Sequence record: LR745208.1 | DNA length: 64,000 nt | Reading direction: 5' to 3' (one strand) | The notes under the pieces: model-generated | The model's input: the letters and a program-made list of their open reading frames with translations, nothing else | Told to the model about the DNA's origin: nothing | Database searches by the model: none | Position numbers and translations under genes: made by a program | Shown: positions 38,272 to 47,406 of the stretch, piece by piece | Position numbering within the stretch: position 1 is the first letter of the stretch | Layout: every line of letters begins with the position of its first letter

Positions 38272-38665
38272 CACGCCCCAACAAACCATTCTAGGAACCG
38301 TGGAGCTGGCGGACATTCCCGAGCGTGTCAAGGGAAACACTCCCAAGGAACAGACCCTCAATAACAATGGCACCCTGGGACCGATTGAGCCCCTTGAGGT
38401 GACCAAGCCTTTGGCAGTAGGGGATGTGCGCCTGATTGCCACGAAGTCCAAGCTCATGCAGTTGGATGACACGGAGAAGCAGCTCCTATTCTTCCAGATG
38501 CGGTCAGGTAACCGGGCGTCACGTCGGGCAGCCATGAAGAGGTTCCGTAAGCTGGGGATCACCGTTTTGGTGGGAATGCCACCCGTAGCAGGCGGCGAGG
38601 CTGCCACAAAGGAACCCGATGATGCCCCCACGGGAGTGGCCCCAGAAGTAACAACAGAGCCTTAG
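38255..38665 (+). CDS. hypothetical protein
   Basis: 136-aa tiling ORF. Confidence 0.55.
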   Translation: MQTISSTPQQTILGTVELADIPERVKGNTPKEQTLNNNGTLGPIEPLEVTKPLAVGDVRLIATKSKLMQLDDTEKQLLFFQMRSGNRASRRAAMKRFRKLGITVLVGMPPVAGGEAATKEPDDAPTGVAPEVTTEP

Positions 38666-38667
38666 AC

Positions 38668-38923
38668 ATGTATTCACCGCCTAAGAGTCAGGAATTGGTG
38701 GTGCTACTTCGAATACATTGTCAGGGCAGGGTTTTCGATGGCTATATGGACTGGGATGACTGCAGTAGCCTGGATACCATCGGGAATTCGTCCCTATGCC
38801 TGAAGTGCCTTGAGGATGAAATCAAGTCTCTCCAAGTGAAGATAGAAGCAAAGGCACTGGAACTCAAACCTCTTCAGGATTCCCTGACCCTGTACACCAA
38901 GGCTTTGGAGGACCATCAATTCC
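38668..38923 (+). pseudogene. 5' part of a phage gene interrupted by the IS607-like composite; 3' part at 41286-41317
   Basis: Joining CC 38922-23 to CC 41284-85 restores ..EDHQFLENGGLEAVA-stop. Confidence 0.75.
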
Positions 38924-38935
38924 GTTATCCAAAGC

Positions 38936-39727
38936 TTACGCATTTATCCCACCCGTTGAGGTAGGATACATGCAGTTTGGTGCTTGCCCAACCGGCAGTT
39001 TCGTTGGTTCCTCAGGGATCCAACCAGAGCTTCCAGGACAGCAAGCTGACACGGGGTAACTCCCCGTCAGTTTCTTTAGGTTAAGAGCCGCATTCAGGTC
39101 CCTATCTATCGTGAAATCACAACTAGGACACCTGAACACTCGGTCCGATAAGGTAAGAGCTTGGTTAACCTGCCCACACTTGGAACAGGTCTTACTCGAC
39201 GGGAAGAACCGGTCTGCTCGAATGAGTTGACCACCAGACCAAGCTACCTTGTAGGTTATCTGTCGGTGGAACTCCCCCAATCCAGCATCCGATAGGGCTT
39301 TGGAGAGCTTCCGGTTCTTCATCATTCCTGAGATATTGAGGGACTCAATCACAACAACTCTAGCCTGCTTGGTTATCGCAGAGGTAGCTTTGTGGATTGT
39401 ATCCTTCCTGATATTGCTGACTCGATAATGCTGCCTTGCTAGTTTGGCAGCTGCCTTCTTCCTGTTGTTCGATCCTTTTACCTTACGTGACACCGATTTG
39501 CTGAGTTGACGGAGCTTCTTCTCCGCTGCCTTGAGTGCTTTCGGGTTCTCAAACACCTCTCCATCACTCGTTACCGCCAAACTCTTGATCCCTACGTCCA
39601 CCCCAATGACGTGATTGGGAAGTACTCCAAGGATTGGTTGGTCCATCTCGACCTGAACCGATACAAACCACCTACCTGCTCGTTCGGAAACGGTAGCCTT
39701 GAGGATCCTTCCAATGGTTGGGGTGTA
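38936..39727 (-). pseudogene. tnpB: 5'-truncated TnpB (tnpB1): RuvC and Zn finger kept, N-terminal lobe lost
   Basis: YTPTIGRILKATVSERAGRWFVSVQVE, VIGVDVGIK, VVIESLN, CSKC..CPSC, DRDLNAALNL. Confidence 0.88.
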
Positions 39728-39738
39728 CCGTTGACAAT

Positions 39739-41175
39739 CTATACGTGTTTATCCCGTGAGGGACGAACGGGTATCGGTTGTTTTGAAGCTATGCGGGTTC
39801 TGATCTTCTCAGTAACGTCACAGTAAGCTCCGGGCTCATCGGTGTGAGCTCCAACTAACAGGGATCTCGGTGATCTGAACCGCAAGCGGTGCCTTTCATC
39901 CAAGATCGCTTTCACCGATTTCGGTGGGGTCTTTAGGTTGATGTGTTTTTCCTCAGAACGTCTGAGCACATTCAACCCCCCAACGAAATCTGCATGACTC
40001 TTTCTGCCACAACTCTGGCAGACAAACTTTACTCCCCTACGGTTACTCCGGGAAACGAAATGACACGAAGGACACTCCTGACTCGTATAAGCCGGATTCA
40101 CCTTGAGGGTGACGGCCTTCCTCTCCAAGCTCGATTGGAGAGCCCTGTAGGCAAACCTTTTTGATCCTGGTGCACTGGAAAGATCCAAATCCTCAACCAC
40201 AAAGGTCGTGTTTGGGTGGCTCTTGACGAGCTGGTTGGCTATCGTGTTCGTTGCCGTCTTGATCTGGCCGGAGAGCCTCCGCTCTAAGGCCCAAAGGCGT
40301 CTGGAGTCCTCCAGGAACCCTTGTCGTTTCCTATTAGCTCGGGCCGTATCTACCCGCTTCTTCAGTCGGTTGAACTTGGCTTTGAATCGTTGACCGTAGA
40401 GGGTTCCACTTGAGGTTGCTGCCAACACATTCAAGCCAACATCAATCCCCAACTTGCCAGCCGAACCATCGAGAACCGGATCTTCTGACTTCTCAGAGAA
40501 TTGGAAGGTCCAATGACCGTCTGGGCGCTTCGCGGCCAGGACGGTCAGCTGGACATCCTTGCGTTTACGAAGAAAGGGGGACTCTTTGAGGGGAAGGAAG
40601 ATGGTTTTGTAGCGAGTCAGGGAGGAGAATTTGAGCCACCAACCGTGAAAATGAGATGCTCCGGATTCCCTGAATGTGCAAGTCATCTCCGTGAATCGCA
40701 GGGGGAATCGTTCACTGATGGTTGGGGGATTCCCGACAATTTCTGGATCCCAAACCCAAGACCAATACAAGTCAACGAGTTCTTGAGAGATCGTCCCCTT
40801 CCCGAATTTCCCTCCGTGGGTCAGCCGGTACTTCCCAATTGTGTAGAGCTGAAGGGCATCAAGATCGTTGTAGGTTCCGTCTTCCTTAAGACCCGTGATC
40901 TTGGCCTTGAGGGTTCGACCGTAAACTCCGTTGACCCAACCATGAACCAACTCGACTGCTTGAGCTTGAGCATTTTTGACCAATTGGGAAGAGAGTGTCT
41001 CTGAGGTTGGGAAGTAGGATTTCCGACCTGAGGGGAGGACGTTGAAGATTCGGTTGGATACCATGAGGGTGACACACGATTGGACGTACTGGATATGCTC
41101 CGCATGGAGTAAGTCTAGTTGGTGAACCTTCCCCGAATTGGTTTCGGGGTCCAATAATGTGATCCTGGCCTTCAT
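39739..41175 (-). CDS. tnpB: Full-length TnpB-like RNA-guided endonuclease (tnpB2)
   Basis: LGIDVG, VVEDLD, AYTSQECPSC..CQSC, HADFVGGLN; D-E-D triad intact. Confidence 0.9.
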   Translation of the reverse strand: MKARITLLDPETNSGKVHQLDLLHAEHIQYVQSCVTLMVSNRIFNVLPSGRKSYFPTSETLSSQLVKNAQAQAVELVHGWVNGVYGRTLKAKITGLKEDGTYNDLDALQLYTIGKYRLTHGGKFGKGTISQELVDLYWSWVWDPEIVGNPPTISERFPLRFTEMTCTFRESGASHFHGWWLKFSSLTRYKTIFLPLKESPFLRKRKDVQLTVLAAKRPDGHWTFQFSEKSEDPVLDGSAGKLGIDVGLNVLAATSSGTLYGQRFKAKFNRLKKRVDTARANRKRQGFLEDSRRLWALERRLSGQIKTATNTIANQLVKSHPNTTFVVEDLDLSSAPGSKRFAYRALQSSLERKAVTLKVNPAYTSQECPSCHFVSRSNRRGVKFVCQSCGRKSHADFVGGLNVLRRSEEKHINLKTPPKSVKAILDERHRLRFRSPRSLLVGAHTDEPGAYCDVTEKIRTRIASKQPIPVRPSRDKHV

Positions 41176-41313
41176 GTCTCTACAGTTAAGGGTAAGCTAT
41201 AAGGTAGGTATTGAGGGTCAGGTACGATTCCACCTGTGGTCAAATGAGGATAATTGAGGATATTATGGTGTACTGTTGACAACCCTAGAGAATGGTGGTC
41301 TTGAAGCGGTCGC

Positions 41314-41865
41314 CTAACTTAGATACGCCACAGCTTCAATTCCTCCAGTATCTGTTGCAGAAGACCAGTGGAAGGCTAGCATAGAATTGAAGATGTCCAC
41401 TGGCCGGAAGGGGTCCTCTTCATTCATGATGGCCAAATCTAGAGTAATCCGACCCTCAGGGGCCTTCACATCGAATGCCTGGACGGCTTCTCCCAACTCA
41501 AGGCCATTGTCGGCCAGGGTATCAGCGATGGCTGCCAGGGCCTGACCAGTAGACCGGAACCTGGAATTGCCATCCAGACCAGCCCTAAGAAGACTTTGGT
41601 TGGTGTCACGGCGGACCTTAGGGTCTAGCTTGGCCGACCCAGCAACCTTGGGGGTGGCGGCCCCCTCCAGAAGGTGCCTGAAGGCGACCTTCTCGGCACT
41701 GGCTTCCTTGCCCTTCCCATTGCCATCGAAGTACTCATCCTTGTGGCAATGGTCACTTTCAGGGGTTTTTCGGCAGAACCGGCTCCAGGCTATTGCCCAC
41801 GCCTTATCTTCAGGCATCCCCTGGTCTTTTCCTTCTTGGACATAGCGATCAACGTCAGCTGGCAT
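41314..41865 (-). CDS. hypothetical phage protein
   Basis: 183 aa; contains EKVAFRHL and PKVAG tags. Confidence 0.7.
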   Translation of the reverse strand: MPADVDRYVQEGKDQGMPEDKAWAIAWSRFCRKTPESDHCHKDEYFDGNGKGKEASAEKVAFRHLLEGAATPKVAGSAKLDPKVRRDTNQSLLRAGLDGNSRFRSTGQALAAIADTLADNGLELGEAVQAFDVKAPEGRITLDLAIMNEEDPFRPVDIFNSMLAFHWSSATDTGGIEAVAYLS

Positions 41866-41916
41866 GGTGGTACCTGTGGCAGGCTATAGAGAGCCTATTA
41901 GGCCCCCAATACCAGA

Positions 41917-43281
41917 ATGCCCCCCCAGACCCTTGTTGACCGGTACCTGTCCCTCCGGGTAGCTGGTCGTTACCTATCTGCGATGGACGTGGCATTTGAT
42001 GCCGCCACCATTGAGAACCTCCGCAAAGACTTCTTGACCCTGTTGAAAAATGTGGATCGGGTGAAGACCTACCAGGACCTTGAGAAGCTCCACAGTGGGG
42101 TCAAAGTCTGGCGGGAATACTATGATACTACGGTCAAAGGCATCCTCAAGAATCTGACAGTCAATATCCGGATGTGGTTAGGTGGGTCCACGGAATGGCG
42201 AAAGTGGGAAGTTGATAAGGTTGATGGATGGGTTAAGAGTTGGGAAAAGGATATTCGCAAGGGATACTGGGGTCTCTACTCAGCGTTGGGTTCAATGCCA
42301 TATGAGTATCCGGCGGCCATTATTGACAAGTGGCGGGGTTATCGAGATATTTCCCAAGAACAGGCCCAAGCAACCAGTTTGGAGCAATGGGAGAGTGGGA
42401 AAAAGAAGTGGGCAGATAGGGTCAAGCGAGAAGCCCGTGAGGCATGGGATGCTCTTGGAGGTTACCAGAAGTGGATAGATAGCCGAGAGGGTATCACTCC
42501 CACCAGAGAGGAACAGCAAAGTTACACCCAGAGAATTGAAGGGTTTGATGTAACCCTGCACCCGGGTCAACGCGGTGACTCCCATATTGAGCCTCTCAAA
42601 GAGGGTCTCAAGATCTATCGGGCCAGAGCCTCTAAGGTCTTCCCTTTGTTGCTTGGGTCGGCCAAACTACCATTTGATTTTGACTCTGACCAGTGCAACT
42701 CCCTAGATGTTGGAGGTACCTACGAGAGGGACCATATCAATGTCTGTGTGGTCACTGGGGGGCCAAAAGCGTACGCTCATGTATTTGCCCATGAGATGGG
42801 GCACCATGTCTACAAGGTGTATCTGTCTGAACAGGACAAACGCTTCTGGGTAACCGCTCTTAAACAAGACCTGGGTACCCTGGATCTCAGATCTCTACTG
42901 GATGTCTGGAAAGATGGGGAGCGATTCTTTAGCTGGTTCGAGAGAATGGCTCTTGTGGACCCCATCCTTGCCTTACAGGTTGAAGGCATGGAGCGTGAGT
43001 ACGGGTGGTCCACCAAAGAGGACATCCGGGAGTTTGCTGAGCAGCATGGCTGGACCACCCAAGTCCCCTCCCATCCCATCACTGGATACGCCACCAAGAA
43101 CCCCGAGGAGGCCTTCTGTGAGGCTGTAGGGATGCTGGTTGCCTACGGCCCCAGGGCCGTTCACCAACAGGTTCTGTCCTGGCTGGAGACTATCCTCCCC
43201 GGGGAAATCCGGGTAGCCTCTGCCTTCAACCGATTTCAACCGATATCTGGACTAGCAGATGAAGTCCCCATCCTTCGCTGA
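41917..43281 (+). CDS. HExxH metallopeptidase-like protein (zincin / lethal-factor-like C-terminus)
   Basis: HVFAHEMGHHV and TGYATKNPEEAFCE. Confidence 0.7.
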   Translation: MPPQTLVDRYLSLRVAGRYLSAMDVAFDAATIENLRKDFLTLLKNVDRVKTYQDLEKLHSGVKVWREYYDTTVKGILKNLTVNIRMWLGGSTEWRKWEVDKVDGWVKSWEKDIRKGYWGLYSALGSMPYEYPAAIIDKWRGYRDISQEQAQATSLEQWESGKKKWADRVKREAREAWDALGGYQKWIDSREGITPTREEQQSYTQRIEGFDVTLHPGQRGDSHIEPLKEGLKIYRARASKVFPLLLGSAKLPFDFDSDQCNSLDVGGTYERDHINVCVVTGGPKAYAHVFAHEMGHHVYKVYLSEQDKRFWVTALKQDLGTLDLRSLLDVWKDGERFFSWFERMALVDPILALQVEGMEREYGWSTKEDIREFAEQHGWTTQVPSHPITGYATKNPEEAFCEAVGMLVAYGPRAVHQQVLSWLETILPGEIRVASAFNRFQPISGLADEVPILR

Positions 43282-43306
43282 GGCCTACCGGCTGGCAACG
43301 GATGAA

Positions 43307-43603
43307 CTAGAGTGCTAGGTACAGCCCCGTCTCATCCTCTATCAGGGAGCGCAGCCCGTCTGCATACACATCCGAGTGACTAGAGACTTCCGTCACGTTG
43401 GTCCCGTGGATCCTATTGAAGACCACCGTGTAGGTGTCTGTAGGGTCAAGGGTGACAGCAATGCAATTGCTCCGGTTCTTCGCCTTGGCCGTGAACTTGA
43501 ACCGAAGTCCGTTGCCACAGTCGAGAAACAGCTTGGCTCCGATCATGGCCGTGAGACGGTTGGAACTGCCGAGCTGGGCGAGGATTGTTGTTGCGATGGT
43601 CAT
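43307..43603 (-). CDS. conserved-looking small phage protein
   Basis: MTIATTILAQLG..AMIGAK..DTYTVVF..DVYADGLRSLIEDETGLYL. Confidence 0.7.
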   Translation of the reverse strand: MTIATTILAQLGSSNRLTAMIGAKLFLDCGNGLRFKFTAKAKNRSNCIAVTLDPTDTYTVVFNRIHGTNVTEVSSHSDVYADGLRSLIEDETGLYLAL

Positions 43604-43607
43604 ACAT

Positions 43608-43692
43608 CCTATCGGCACGAGGGGGCAATTTTTTAGGGAAATCTGGCCCGTCCGTCGATTTCCCTAAAAATTGTCTCCCTGGTACCGATAGG
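43608..43692. promoter_or_regulatory. Back-to-back copies of a putative phage promoter motif between divergent genes
   Basis: GATTTCCCTAAAAA(A)TTG..CCC..GT(A/G)CCGATAGG on both strands, each 5-20 nt before an ATG. Confidence 0.65.
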
Positions 43693-43711
43693 GGGTGTAG
43701 GAGATATCACC

Positions 43712-45169
43712 ATGGGCTGGTTCGAAGTCAACAAGCAAGGTCTCGCCAAGCTCTTGGATCAACGGGGGAAGTCCTTCGCGGTGTTCGAGCTGATCCAGAA
43801 CGCCTGGGATGAGAACACCACCAAGGTGGATGTCACCCTCACCCCTGTGCCGAACCGGGCGGAAGCGGAGCTGGTAGTGGTCGATGATAACCCTGATGGG
43901 TTCAGGGATCTGTCCCATGCCTTCACGCTCTTCGCCGAGAGCACCAAGAAGGATGACCCCTCGAAGCGTGGGCGCTTCAACCTGGGAGAGAAGCTGGTCC
44001 TGGCCCTGTGCCGCGAGGCAAAGATCGTGTCCACCACGGGAGGCTTCGAGTTCAACGAGAACGGGGAACGCCGCACCCTCCGGGAGCGAACCACACATGG
44101 GTCCACTTTCCGGGGACTGATCCGGATGACTCGGGCAGAGTATGCAGAGGTGTGTAATGAGGTCCTGCGCCTCCTCCCTCCCCAGCACATTGCTACCACT
44201 TTCAACGAGGGCCCCCTTCTGACCAGGAAGCCCCTGGCCAGCTTCAAGGTTACACTGCCCACGGTCTCCGCTGATGGGGAAGGTATCCTCCGTCCCTCCA
44301 AGCGACAGACGGATGTCCATGTCTATGACCCCAAGCCGGGTGATGCACCCACCCTCTACGAGATGGGGATCCCGGTGGTTGAAACGGGAGATAAATGGGA
44401 TATCGACATCCAGCAGAAAATCCCACTCAACATGGACCGGGACAATGTGACCCCTTCCTACCTGAGGGTACTGCGAACTGCTGTGCTCAATGAGATGCAC
44501 GGGTTCCTGGCTGAGACCGATTCCAGTGCTACCTGGGTGGCGGATGCTCTGGCGAGTCCTGATGTGAGCCGGGGGGCGGTCAAGCAGGTGGTTCAGGGTC
44601 GCTTCGGTGAGAAGGCTGCCATTTATGACCCGACTGACACGGAGGCCAACAAGCGGCTGGTGTCTGAGGGATACAACTTGATCCCCGGTGGGTCCTTCAC
44701 ACGCGAACAGTGGGTCAATATCAAGCTGGCGGGGGTTGCCCTGCCCGCGGGGCAACTCTCCCCCTCAGCCAAGCCTTACACCTCTGGAGGGGCCCCCCTG
44801 ACGCTCTTGGACCCATCAAAGTGGACCCCCGGGATCCAGAACACGGTGGCCTATGCCGAGTGGTTGGGGCACAAGTTGCTGCGACGTCAGATCACGGTGA
44901 GGGTCGTCTGTGACGTGGGGTGGCCCTTCGGGGCTACCTTCGGGCCGAGTGGGGTGCTCACCCTGAATCTGGGACGCTTGGGGCACGCATGGTTCAACAA
45001 GGGCCCCTGCGTGGATGTGGACGAGCTGATCATTCATGAGTTTGGGCACAATGAATGCCCCGATCACCTCAGTACGGATTACTATGATGCCCTCTGTAAG
45101 CTCGGGGCAAAACTGGCGGATCTGGCTCGACGGGAGCCCTCGGCATTCGATCAGTTCAAGGCCAGCTAA
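43712..45169 (+). CDS. GHKL (HATPase_c/Hsp90-like) ATPase with a C-terminal HExxH domain
   Basis: FELIQNAWDE, VVDDNPDGF, RGRFNLGEK, HGSTF; LIIHEFGH. Confidence 0.8.
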   Translation: MGWFEVNKQGLAKLLDQRGKSFAVFELIQNAWDENTTKVDVTLTPVPNRAEAELVVVDDNPDGFRDLSHAFTLFAESTKKDDPSKRGRFNLGEKLVLALCREAKIVSTTGGFEFNENGERRTLRERTTHGSTFRGLIRMTRAEYAEVCNEVLRLLPPQHIATTFNEGPLLTRKPLASFKVTLPTVSADGEGILRPSKRQTDVHVYDPKPGDAPTLYEMGIPVVETGDKWDIDIQQKIPLNMDRDNVTPSYLRVLRTAVLNEMHGFLAETDSSATWVADALASPDVSRGAVKQVVQGRFGEKAAIYDPTDTEANKRLVSEGYNLIPGGSFTREQWVNIKLAGVALPAGQLSPSAKPYTSGGAPLTLLDPSKWTPGIQNTVAYAEWLGHKLLRRQITVRVVCDVGWPFGATFGPSGVLTLNLGRLGHAWFNKGPCVDVDELIIHEFGHNECPDHLSTDYYDALCKLGAKLADLARREPSAFDQFKAS

Positions 45170-45177
45170 CTCCCAAC

Positions 45178-46206
45178 ATGAACACACCCCACACACTACT
45201 GAACAGGGAATCATTTCGTGCGAAGGTTTTCGCTCGGGATGGGCACCGTTGTGTCATGTGTGGGAACCCTGGTGTGGATGCTCACCACATTCTTGATCGA
45301 TCTCTCTGGGGTGATGGTGGATACTACCTAGCCAACGGGGCCACTGTTTGTGGTCCCTGTCACATACTGGCCGAGCAGACCCTCATCTCATGTGAGGCGC
45401 TGCGAACTAGGTGTGGTATCACAGACATAATACTCCCTGAGCACCTCGATGTGGACCAAACCTGGGACAAATGGGCCAACCCAGTACTGCCCGACGGCAC
45501 CCGGCTGCAAGGGGAATTGTTCGAGGATGAATCCCTTCAGCGAACACTAGAACCCGTCCTGCACCTGTTTGAACAGCGAGGCAAGGTCAAGTACCCAAGA
45601 ACCTTCCACCTGCCTTGGAGCCCGGGGGCTACTAACGATGACCGGGTCCTGACTGATTTGAGTTCATTCGAGGGACAGCAGGTCGTGGTTACGACTAAGA
45701 TGGATGGGGAAAATCATACCTTCTACAGGGAGGGGCTACATGCCCGGTCTCTGGACTCCGGCCCCCACCCATCACGGGACCGGATCAAAGCCCTGTGGGC
45801 GAACGTCCAACATGAGATCCCCAAAGGCTGGAGGATTTGTGGCGAGAATGTCTACGCCAAGCACTCAATCCAATACCGGAACCTTCCTGGGTACTTCCTA
45901 GTCTTCTCGATTTGGGATGAAAAGAACGAGTGCCTCCCCTGGGAAGAGACTGCCCTGTGGGCGGGGCTGCTCGATCTCCCCACCGTTCCGGTTCTCTACC
46001 AGGGGATATGGGACGAGAGGTTGATCCGGGGCCTCTACCAGGACCAATTTGAAGGCAACCCTATGGAGGGCTACGTGGTCCGCCTCGCTGGTTTTTTCCC
46101 CTTCCGTAAATTCCGTACCTCAGTTGCCAAGTTCGTTCGTGCTAACCATGTTCAAACCAACAAACATTGGATGACACAACCAGTCATCCCCAACCTCCTT
46201 CGATGA
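45178..46206 (+). CDS. HNH domain fused to an Rnl2-like RNA ligase
   Basis: RDGHRCVMCG..DAHHI..NGATVCGPCH; motif I TTKMDGEN, ICGEN, LVFSIWD, EGYVVR, AKFVR. Confidence 0.85.
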   Translation: MNTPHTLLNRESFRAKVFARDGHRCVMCGNPGVDAHHILDRSLWGDGGYYLANGATVCGPCHILAEQTLISCEALRTRCGITDIILPEHLDVDQTWDKWANPVLPDGTRLQGELFEDESLQRTLEPVLHLFEQRGKVKYPRTFHLPWSPGATNDDRVLTDLSSFEGQQVVVTTKMDGENHTFYREGLHARSLDSGPHPSRDRIKALWANVQHEIPKGWRICGENVYAKHSIQYRNLPGYFLVFSIWDEKNECLPWEETALWAGLLDLPTVPVLYQGIWDERLIRGLYQDQFEGNPMEGYVVRLAGFFPFRKFRTSVAKFVRANHVQTNKHWMTQPVIPNLLR

Positions 46207-46224
46207 AAGAGCGTAACTTGAACC

Positions 46225-46608
46225 ATGATTCCCAAGACTGCGGATGAGAGATTGATTGACCTTGAGACCCTGCTTCATGCCGGAAAAATGCCCTCTGATG
46301 CCGAGATGCTGTGGGCGGTAAGGTACTGCCGAGCAATGCACGAAAGGAAGACCACCACCCCCGATGAGCGAAAGGTCAAGGCCCTTCAAGAGTTGTTTGC
46401 GGAAGCAGAACGGCAGCATGGCTTGGATGCCTTGTCAGACAAGGAGTTGGTGGTCATGGTAATCGAGACATGGTGGGGGCACATGGACTCCCACAGTAAA
46501 GAGTCCACCCTACTGGACAACCTGTTGACGCGCCTTGATCGGGCCGGTGGGGGTCCCATCAAGGCGGATGAAGAGCCCCCAGCCACCTTTTTGGGAGATG
46601 TGTCCTGA
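46225..46608 (+). CDS. hypothetical protein
   Basis: 127-aa tiling ORF. Confidence 0.6.
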   Translation: MIPKTADERLIDLETLLHAGKMPSDAEMLWAVRYCRAMHERKTTTPDERKVKALQELFAEAERQHGLDALSDKELVVMVIETWWGHMDSHSKESTLLDNLLTRLDRAGGGPIKADEEPPATFLGDVS

Positions 46609-46621
46609 CCAGAGGAGATTG

Positions 46622-47104
46622 ATGATGCAATACGATTCAATTGAGCAAATGTTCGACGGGATTGAGCAGGGCACCAAGGAAGCCAATGAGAGGGTCCTGC
46701 CTTTTCAACGGGAGATGAAGGTGGGGGACCATTTCCTCCGGGCTACACAGGGATTCGTGGTCTACGGTGAGGTCATCAGCCCCTTCTCGTTCTATGATGA
46801 GTGCCGAGCCAAAGGCACCTTCAATGAAGAGCTGGCACAGGAGGAACAGTGGGAAAAGAACATGCGGGCTGAACCTCACATGAAGTACTACCTGTTCACT
46901 CGTGGCTACTCAAATCCAATGTGCATGGAGGGCGAACTAGGGGACACCCATGCCAGTGACATGCAGGTCAAGATCACCAAAGAGGCTTTTGAGGAGGCCA
47001 AGAGACTTGGCTGGCCCAGAGACCCTCAGGTAATCACAGGATTGCTGTTGCGGTTCGGTCCCTGTACACCCACCGTAACGGAACTGATTGGTGGCGGTGG
47101 TTGA
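46622..47104 (+). CDS. hypothetical protein
   Basis: ATG with AGGAG RBS. Confidence 0.65.
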   Translation: MMQYDSIEQMFDGIEQGTKEANERVLPFQREMKVGDHFLRATQGFVVYGEVISPFSFYDECRAKGTFNEELAQEEQWEKNMRAEPHMKYYLFTRGYSNPMCMEGELGDTHASDMQVKITKEAFEEAKRLGWPRDPQVITGLLLRFGPCTPTVTELIGGGG

Positions 47105-47385
47105 GTTCTGGCCCACCCAATCCCGTTGAGATCGCCAGGGCCATCCATGAGGGGTCCATGGGGGACCGGTCCTACATTGATGGGTTCTGGGTGGCCCAGC
47201 AACTCACCCTGGCATTCACAGAGCTTGGGTGGGTGCAGGTCGAGGACTGGAAGGAACCATTTTCCCAACACTCCACCAAACTCCGGTACCAGGACCGTGA
47301 AGTAGTCATCTGTGCCTATGGGGACCTGTCACACGCCACAATCAACATCGATGTTGAAGTGTTTCGTGTCAAGTCCAATACCTAG
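47101..47385 (+). CDS. hypothetical protein
   Basis: Start overlaps the previous stop. Confidence 0.5.
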   Translation: MSSGPPNPVEIARAIHEGSMGDRSYIDGFWVAQQLTLAFTELGWVQVEDWKEPFSQHSTKLRYQDREVVICAYGDLSHATINIDVEVFRVKSNT

Positions 47386-47406
47386 CCTTTAATCCGCTCT
47401 TGGGCG

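Larger units (their letters stand above)
38922..41285 (-). mobile_element. Composite non-autonomous IS607-like element: left end - tnpB2 - right end 2 - 3' part of tnpB1 - right end 1
   Basis: GG at both junctions; two right ends share GGGATAAA-NN-CGTA..AACGG; no serine-recombinase TnpA present. Confidence 0.8.

Noticed and set aside
43664-44755. 363-aa minus-strand ORF (likewise 33127-33915, 62849-63583, 24242-24886, 278-993)
   Set aside because: Antisense shadows of well-supported genes, with no motifs of their own.
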